From the NCBI GenBank assembly GCA_041391785.1, contig JAWKNI010000007.1, positions 144,556 through 208,555 on the forward strand: a DNA stretch of 64,000 nucleotides, given 5' to 3'. The notes beneath the pieces are model-generated. The model was not told the origin of the DNA. It searched no databases and saw only the letters and a program-made list of their open reading frames with translations. The position numbers and the translations under genes are program-made. This document shows, piece by piece, positions 58,404 to 64,000 of the stretch (position 1 is its first letter; each line of letters opens with the position of its first letter). The stretch comes from Flavobacteriales bacterium (GTDB lineage: Bacteria; Bacteroidota; Bacteroidia; Flavobacteriales_F; PHOS-HE28).

Positions 58404-60311
58404 TCAGTTCTTCTCGTCCTTCACTTCCTCGAAGTCAACATCCGTGACCTCCTGATCACCTGCACCAGCGGATGCGCCTCCTTGCGCCGCACCACCGGCT
58501 TGCGCTTCCTGTGCGGCCTTGTACATCTCTTCGCTGGCTGCACCGAAGACCGTGTTCAGTTCCGCCATCGCGCTGTCGATGCCTGCCATGTCCTGCGCGC
58601 CATGCGCGGTCTTGAGCTTACCGAGTGCGTCCTCGATCGGTTGTTTCTTGTCCGCCGGGAGTTTGTCGCCGAGTTCAGCCAGTTGCTTCTCGGTCTGGAA
58701 GATCAGGCTGTCCGCCTGGTTCAATTTGTCCACGCGTTCACGTGCCTCCTTGTCCGCATCGGCGTTGGCTTCGGCTTCCTTCTTCATCTTCTCGATATCC
58801 TCCTTGCTCAGCCCGCTGCTGGCCTCGATGCGAATGCTCTGTTCCTTGCCGGTGGCCTTGTCCTTTGCACTCACATGCAGGATGCCGTTGGCGTCGATGT
58901 CGAAGGTCACCTCGATCTGCGGCGTGCCTCGGCGTGCGGGCGGGATACCGTCCAGGTGGAACCGGCCGATGGTGCGGTTGCCGGCGGCCATGGGGCGCTC
59001 TCCCTGCAGTACATGGATCTCCACGCTGGGTTGGTTGTCGCTGGCAGTGCTGAAGGTCTCGCTCTTCTTGGTCGGGATCGTCGTGTTCGCCTCGATCAAT
59101 TTGGTCATCACGCCACCCATGGTCTCGATACCGAGGCTCAGCGGGGTCACATCCAGCAGGAGCACATCCTTCACTTCGCCGGTGAGTACGCCACCCTGGA
59201 TCGCGGCTCCGATGGCCACGACCTCATCCGGGTTCACGCCTTTGCTGGGCTCCTTGCCGAAGAATTTCTTCACGGCTTCCTGAATGGCAGGGATGCGGGT
59301 GCTGCCACCCACCAGGATCACCTCATCGATGTCGCTGGTCTTCAGTCCTGCGTTCTTCAATGCACTTTCGCAGGGGGCGATGGTGCGCTTGATCAAGGCA
59401 TCCGCCAACTGCTCGAATTTGGCACGCGTGAGACTGCGGACCAGGTGCTTCGGCATGCCGTTGACGGGCATGATGTACGGCAGGTTGATCTCGCTGCTGG
59501 TGGTGCTGCTCAATTCGATCTTGGCCTTTTCCGCAGCTTCCTTCAGGCGTTGCAGTGCCATGGGGTCCTTGCGCAGGTCCAGACCTTCATCGTTCTTGAA
59601 CTCCTCGGCAAGCCAGTCGATGATCACCTGGTCGAAATCATCACCGCCCAGGTGGGTGTCACCATCGGTGCTCTTCACTTCGAACACGCCATCGCCCAGT
59701 TCCAATACGCTCACATCGTGCGTGCCCCCGCCGCAATCGAACACCACCACTTTCTGGTCCTTGTGCTTCTTGTCCAGGCCGTAGGCCAGCGCTGCCGCGG
59801 TGGGTTCATTGATGATGCGGCGCACTTTGAGCCCGGCGATCTCACCGGCCTCCTTGGTTGCCTGCCGCTGCGCATCGTTGAAGTAGGCGGGTACCGTGAT
59901 GACGGCCTCACTCACACTTGTGCCGAGGTAGTCCTCAGCGGTCTTCTTCATTTTCTGAAGGACCATTGCGCTGATCTCCTGCGGGGTGTATTCCCTGTCG
60001 CCGATGGCCACGCGCGGCATTCCGCTGGCGCCTCGCACCACTTTGTACGGTACCCGCGCGATCTCTTTCGCATCCTCTTCGTAGGTGTTGCCCATGAAGC
60101 GCTTGATGGAGAAGATGGTATTCGTCGGGTTCGTGATGGCCTGGCGCTTGGCGGGGTCGCCCACTTTGCGCTCACCGCCTTCCACGAAGGCCACCACGCT
60201 CGGGGTGGTCCGCTTTCCCTCACTGTTGGCGATGACCACAGGTTCGTTGCCTTCCATCACGGCTACGCAACTGTTGGTCGTCCCCAGGTCTATCCCTATG
60301 ATCTTGCTCAT
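58404..60311 (-). CDS. dnaK: Molecular chaperone DnaK (Hsp70).
   Basis: [21 protein letters not shown]... 635 aa. Confidence 0.95.
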   Translation of the reverse strand: MSKIIGIDLGTTNSCVAVMEGNEPVVIANSEGKRTTPSVVAFVEGGERKVGDPAKRQAITNPTNTIFSIKRFMGNTYEEDAKEIARVPYKVVRGASGMPRVAIGDREYTPQEISAMVLQKMKKTAEDYLGTSVSEAVITVPAYFNDAQRQATKEAGEIAGLKVRRIINEPTAAALAYGLDKKHKDQKVVVFDCGGGTHDVSVLELGDGVFEVKSTDGDTHLGGDDFDQVIIDWLAEEFKNDEGLDLRKDPMALQRLKEAAEKAKIELSSTTSSEINLPYIMPVNGMPKHLVRSLTRAKFEQLADALIKRTIAPCESALKNAGLKTSDIDEVILVGGSTRIPAIQEAVKKFFGKEPSKGVNPDEVVAIGAAIQGGVLTGEVKDVLLLDVTPLSLGIETMGGVMTKLIEANTTIPTKKSETFSTASDNQPSVEIHVLQGERPMAAGNRTIGRFHLDGIPPARRGTPQIEVTFDIDANGILHVSAKDKATGKEQSIRIEASSGLSKEDIEKMKKEAEANADADKEARERVDKLNQADSLIFQTEKQLAELGDKLPADKKQPIEDALGKLKTAHGAQDMAGIDSAMAELNTVFGAASEEMYKAAQEAQAGGAAQGGASAGAGDQEVTDVDFEEVKDEKN

Positions 60312-60401
60312 GATCTTGTTCGTTCTATTTGGTCAGGTCGAGCGCCCTACGTCAAGCGGTATGCCATCCGGCTTTTCGGTATGTCGGCCTGCCATCCATG
60401 C

Positions 60402-60428
60402 AAAAGCCCGCGTTGGTCGCGGGCTTTT
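60402..60428 (-). terminator. Intrinsic terminator after the lipoprotein gene.
   Basis: aaaagcccgcg-ttggt-cgcgggctttt is a 7-10 bp stem. T-run on both strands. Confidence 0.55.
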
Positions 60429-60451
60429 CTCATGTCAGATCGGCAGGTCCC

Positions 60452-61537
60452 TTAGTTGCAGCCGTATGGCGCCCCCACATTGAAGGCGGAACAGAACCGG
60501 CGGTTTCCGGTGAACTGCCCGTTGATCAGTTCGTTCAGGCTGGCATCGTTCAACGTCTTCCCCAGCAAACGCCCCCCGACATCTTTGTTGTATCGGCTCG
60601 CGAAGATGCCGTACGCACCATCCATGTTGGACCATGCGGGTCGGTCTTCGATGATCCCCGAAATGGGTTCGCTCAAGGAAAGGAACGTGTGGAAGTCATC
60701 GTTGGCGACAGTGAACAGGAATTCAAGCCCGGTGAACCGCCGTTGGTCCACCGAAGGGTCATCGGGGATCGCATTGGCCAGGCCGCTGTAGAAGGCTTGT
60801 CCATCTATGAGCAGGGACATGCCCTCGGTGCTTGCGGTGTTGGAGGAGACCCGGGAACCGATGCGCGTCGTAACGGTCTTCCGCAATGTGTCCGAACCCC
60901 TTATCTCATCATAGTTGAACCGGTAGAAGGCCTCGGTGCGCTTGCCGTCCAGGTTGCTGGTCCAGTTCAATTCGTACGCCCCATAGCCATTGGTGCCGTT
61001 CATGAAATTGGCCGGTACAGTCAGGCTCTGGTCGACCGTTTGGATCGAAAAGTCGTTCACGATGCTCGTGCTGCCCGTGATCCGCTCCCCTTTGATCTCG
61101 AGGTCGAGTTCATAAGTGCTGTTCTGGTCGAGGTACACCAGCACATTGCTTTGCGGGAGCAGATAGGTCTGGTTCTCGCGGAAATAGTACAACCGCTGGT
61201 CCGGGGAATAGAACGTGCCGGGCTCACGGTCGGTCAGCAGGGTGTCGTGCAAGGGAAAGGAGTCGACGCGGTTCCCATTCTGAATGCGGATCACCATGGC
61301 GCGTGTGATGTCCTCTCCATGGAATTCACTCGAGTCCGGTACCTGGGCATAGACCAAAGCATCCCCTTCGCCCAGGAAGGCCTTGTTGATCTTCACGAAA
61401 TGGATGCTGTCCCGCATGTTCAGCAGTCCATACACCACTGTGATGTTCTTGTATGGAGCATTGATGTCCAGGTCCGAACTGCACCCGAACAAGAGGGAGG
61501 CAGCGGTGAACAGAAAAAGGGCGCGTTTCATGACCAT
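60452..61537 (-). CDS. Predicted lipoprotein of unknown function (362 aa).
   Basis: [21 protein letters not shown] is a lipobox. ATG at 61537. The track start at 61558 is TTG and lies inside the putative -7 box. Confidence 0.6.
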   Translation of the reverse strand: MVMKRALFLFTAASLLFGCSSDLDINAPYKNITVVYGLLNMRDSIHFVKINKAFLGEGDALVYAQVPDSSEFHGEDITRAMVIRIQNGNRVDSFPLHDTLLTDREPGTFYSPDQRLYYFRENQTYLLPQSNVLVYLDQNSTYELDLEIKGERITGSTSIVNDFSIQTVDQSLTVPANFMNGTNGYGAYELNWTSNLDGKRTEAFYRFNYDEIRGSDTLRKTVTTRIGSRVSSNTASTEGMSLLIDGQAFYSGLANAIPDDPSVDQRRFTGLEFLFTVANDDFHTFLSLSEPISGIIEDRPAWSNMDGAYGIFASRYNKDVGGRLLGKTLNDASLNELINGQFTGNRRFCSAFNVGAPYGCN

Positions 61538-61555
61538 GCGAGCCGGAGTGCTTTG

Positions 61556-61563
61556 CAAAGGTA
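61556..61563 (-). promoter_or_regulatory. Bacteroidota -7 box (TAccTTTG on the minus strand) upstream of the lipoprotein gene.
   Basis: Plus-strand caaaggta at 61556-61563 gives TACCTTTG on the minus strand. It sits about 19 nt upstream of ATG 61537. Confidence 0.35.
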
Positions 61564-61727
61564 TCTCAACTGTCGAACGGTCAAAGATAAGCGTGTCCGA
61601 TCGGCAAAGGGATGTGCTGTACCAACGGCCTGATCCCGGTCATTTCCGGTCATTCGGGCGAAGCTGCGGAAATGCTGTCCGTGCCGGTCAGCACTACCTT
61701 GCGCCCATTCGAACAACCGATGCCGCC

Positions 61728-62546
61728 ATGAGCACCAGAATGAAGGATATCAAGCGTGTGACCACCCACACCCTGCAAGAGCTCAAAGCCGGCGGGACCA
61801 AGATCGCCATGCTGACGGCCTACGACTTTTCGCTGGCAAGGTTGGTGGACGGTGCCGGCGTGGATGTGATCCTGGTGGGCGATAGTGCGAGCAATGTCAT
61901 GGCCGGCCATGAAACGACCCTGCCGATCACGTTGGACCAGATGATCTATCATGCATCCAGCGTGGTGCGTGGCGTACAACGGGCACTGGTCGTGGTGGAT
62001 CTGCCCTTTGGTACCTATCAGGGCAATACGAAGGGTGCGCTGAACTCCGCGATCCGCATCATGAAGGAGAGCGGGGCGCACGCCGTGAAGCTGGAAGGTG
62101 GGCGGGAGGTACTCGGGTCGGTGGAGCGCATCCTCACCGCCGGTATCCCGGTGATGGGGCACCTGGGCCTTACCCCACAGAGCATCTACAAGTTCGGTAC
62201 CTATGTGGTGCGCGCCAAGGAGCAGGAGGAGGCCGACCGGCTGCGGGAGGACGCGGTGCTGCTTGAGAAAGCAGGCTGCTTTGCGATCGTTGCGGAGAAG
62301 ATACCGGCCAAACTGGCCGCCGAGGTCGCAGCAAGTGTATCCATTCCGGTGATCGGAATCGGTGCCGGGGATGGCGTGGATGGACAGGTGCTTGTGTTGC
62401 ACGACATGCTCGGGATCAACAAGGAGTTCAACCCTCGCTTCCTGCGGCGCTATGCGGACCTGCACACGAGCATCACAGAGGCCGTTGAAGGGTACGTGAA
62501 GGATGTGCGGGCGAAGGCCTTCCCAAGTCCGGATGAACAGTATTGA
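61728..62546 (+). CDS. panB: 3-methyl-2-oxobutanoate hydroxymethyltransferase.
   Basis: ...[51 protein letters not shown]... ATG at 61728. Confidence 0.9.
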   Translation: MSTRMKDIKRVTTHTLQELKAGGTKIAMLTAYDFSLARLVDGAGVDVILVGDSASNVMAGHETTLPITLDQMIYHASSVVRGVQRALVVVDLPFGTYQGNTKGALNSAIRIMKESGAHAVKLEGGREVLGSVERILTAGIPVMGHLGLTPQSIYKFGTYVVRAKEQEEADRLREDAVLLEKAGCFAIVAEKIPAKLAAEVAASVSIPVIGIGAGDGVDGQVLVLHDMLGINKEFNPRFLRRYADLHTSITEAVEGYVKDVRAKAFPSPDEQY

Positions 62547-62550
62547 CCAT

Positions 62551-63297
62551 ATGGAGGTCGAGGACCTGTTCGAAGACCCATACCTGCTCATTGTCCACAA
62601 GCCCGCCGGCATGCCGGTGCAGCCGGACCTCACCGGTGATCGGTCCCTGCAGGAGGTGCTAAGTGCGCGCTTTCCACTCCGGCCACCCGTGCTGGTCAAT
62701 CGCCTGGACAGGCCCGTGAGCGGGGCGGTGCTGTTCGCGTATGACGAACAGGCCCTGGCTGCCATGAACAAGGCATTCCGGGAGCGGATTGTGGACAAGG
62801 TGTATTGGGCCATCGTGGAGGGGAGGATGGGATCATCCGTCCTGCAGCACCATACCGTGCACGACAAGCGGTCATTCAAGTCCCGGATCGTATCCGGGAA
62901 GGACGGCGACCGGGAGCTCGTCCTCCACGTCAGGAGCCTTGCCGATGGGGATCGATATACCCTGGTCGAACTCCGCCCGGAGGGCGGTGCGTTCCACCAG
63001 ATCAGGGCGCAGCTTGGTGCTTCCGGGCACCCCATCAAGGGTGATGTGAAGTATGGCGCGCGCCGCGGTGAGAAGGACAGGAGCATCGCACTGCACGCGC
63101 GTTCATTGGGTTTCGTGCACCCGTTGACGCATCGTGCGGTACTTGCGCAGGCTCCCGCTCCACGATCACCCCTTTGGCGAACCTTGCTTGATGCCGCAGA
63201 GGAAGGTCGAACGGAGCATGTTGCAGGAAGTCGGAACGATACGCGTATTTTCAGCGGCGACCCGGATCGACTTTCCCCGGGGTCCGATCCACCATGA
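62551..63297 (+). CDS. RluA-family pseudouridine synthase.
   Basis: DPYLLIVHKPAGMPVQ...LVNRLDRPVSGAVLFA is the catalytic Asp motif. ATG at 62551 chosen (62533 is also possible). Confidence 0.75.
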   Translation: MEVEDLFEDPYLLIVHKPAGMPVQPDLTGDRSLQEVLSARFPLRPPVLVNRLDRPVSGAVLFAYDEQALAAMNKAFRERIVDKVYWAIVEGRMGSSVLQHHTVHDKRSFKSRIVSGKDGDRELVLHVRSLADGDRYTLVELRPEGGAFHQIRAQLGASGHPIKGDVKYGARRGEKDRSIALHARSLGFVHPLTHRAVLAQAPAPRSPLWRTLLDAAEEGRTEHVAGSRNDTRIFSGDPDRLSPGSDPP

Positions 63298-64000
63298 ACA
63301 GGTTCCTACTCTCCCTCTTCGCCTCGATGGGCATCCTGATCTCAGCAGCCCAGGTCCTTGTCAGCGATTCGTTGCTCACTTCATTCACGGTCCAGGAGTT
63401 GTTGGACGCCGGTGTTGGGGGCGCTGAATACCCGGTGGAGGTGCATCGGTTGGTGTACAATACGGTCGATGCCCACGGAGCACCCACGCTCGCGAGTGGT
63501 GCCATTGTGGTGCCCGTTCAGAACGCTTGCTACCATGCATTGGCGGCATACATGCATGGCACGATCCTGAACCGGGAGGATGTACCGTCACGACTGAGCG
63601 GTGAGATCATCGTGGGGTACTTCCTTGGAAGCGCCGGTTACGTGGCCGTGCTGCCGGATTACCTGGGCCTGGGCGATGGTCCTGGAAGGCATCCGTATGT
63701 GCATGCCAGGTCCGAGGCCACTGCTTGTGTGGATATGCTGAGGGCGGCACGCGAGTATTGTGACCAGCACGGCACCTTGTTGAATGGACAACTCTTCCTG
63801 GCGGGTTATTCCCAGGGAGGGCATGCCTGCATGGCCACGCACAAGTACATTCAGGAGGAGGTGGGAGGGGAGTTCACCGTTACCGCCAGTGCCCCGTGCA
63901 GCGGTCCGTATGATGTGAGCGGGGTGCAGGCCGAGGTGATGGTGAGCCCTGATCCCTACCCGGCACCGTACTACCTGCCATATGTGATCTTTTCCTACGG
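63284..64000 (+). CDS. Secreted lipase/esterase (alpha/beta hydrolase), 5' partial; runs off the window end.
   Basis: MNRFLLSLFASMGILISAAQ is a signal peptide. GYSQGGHA is the nucleophile elbow GxSxG. No stop before the window end. Confidence 0.6.

Overview
High-GC (~60%) Bacteroidota chromosomal segment. Bacteroidota-specific markers present: GlnA type III, the rpsU-xerC-hpf triad, DUF2851, T9SS type A and type B C-terminal domains, and TAnnTTTG promoter boxes.

Layout:
- 1..13.7 kb, accessory locus, all on the minus strand: ECF sigma factor -> single-pass membrane protein with PKD domains and a T9SS type-B CTD (putative anti-sigma) -> two giant paralogous surface adhesins. Each adhesin has a CUB-like domain, a PKD domain, a convertase P-domain, and long Ig-like/SprB repeat arrays. 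The second adhesin runs off the window start.
- 13.8-36 kb, housekeeping: mdh, secDF (with an inserted OmpA-like domain), tatA, glnA (GSIII), prfA, pyrF, rfbD, apt, rpsU-xerC-hpf and others.
- 36-49.5 kb, conserved cluster: tRNA-Thr/Tyr/Gly/Thr - tuf - tRNA-Trp - secE - nusG - rplKAJL - rpoB - rpoC.
- 49.5-64 kb: patatin-Omp85 phospholipase, CBS, NamZ, dnaK, panB and others.

Sequence quality: rpoC carries three -1 frameshifts, all in G4/C4 homopolymers, so the assembly has homopolymer undercalls. The frame-broken zone inside the adhesin repeat array (2891..3640) is therefore more likely error or mis-assembly than real pseudogenisation.

The six-frame track reports TTG/GTG starts as M. Several starts were re-assigned to internal ATGs.

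No CRISPR, IS elements or phage genes were seen.
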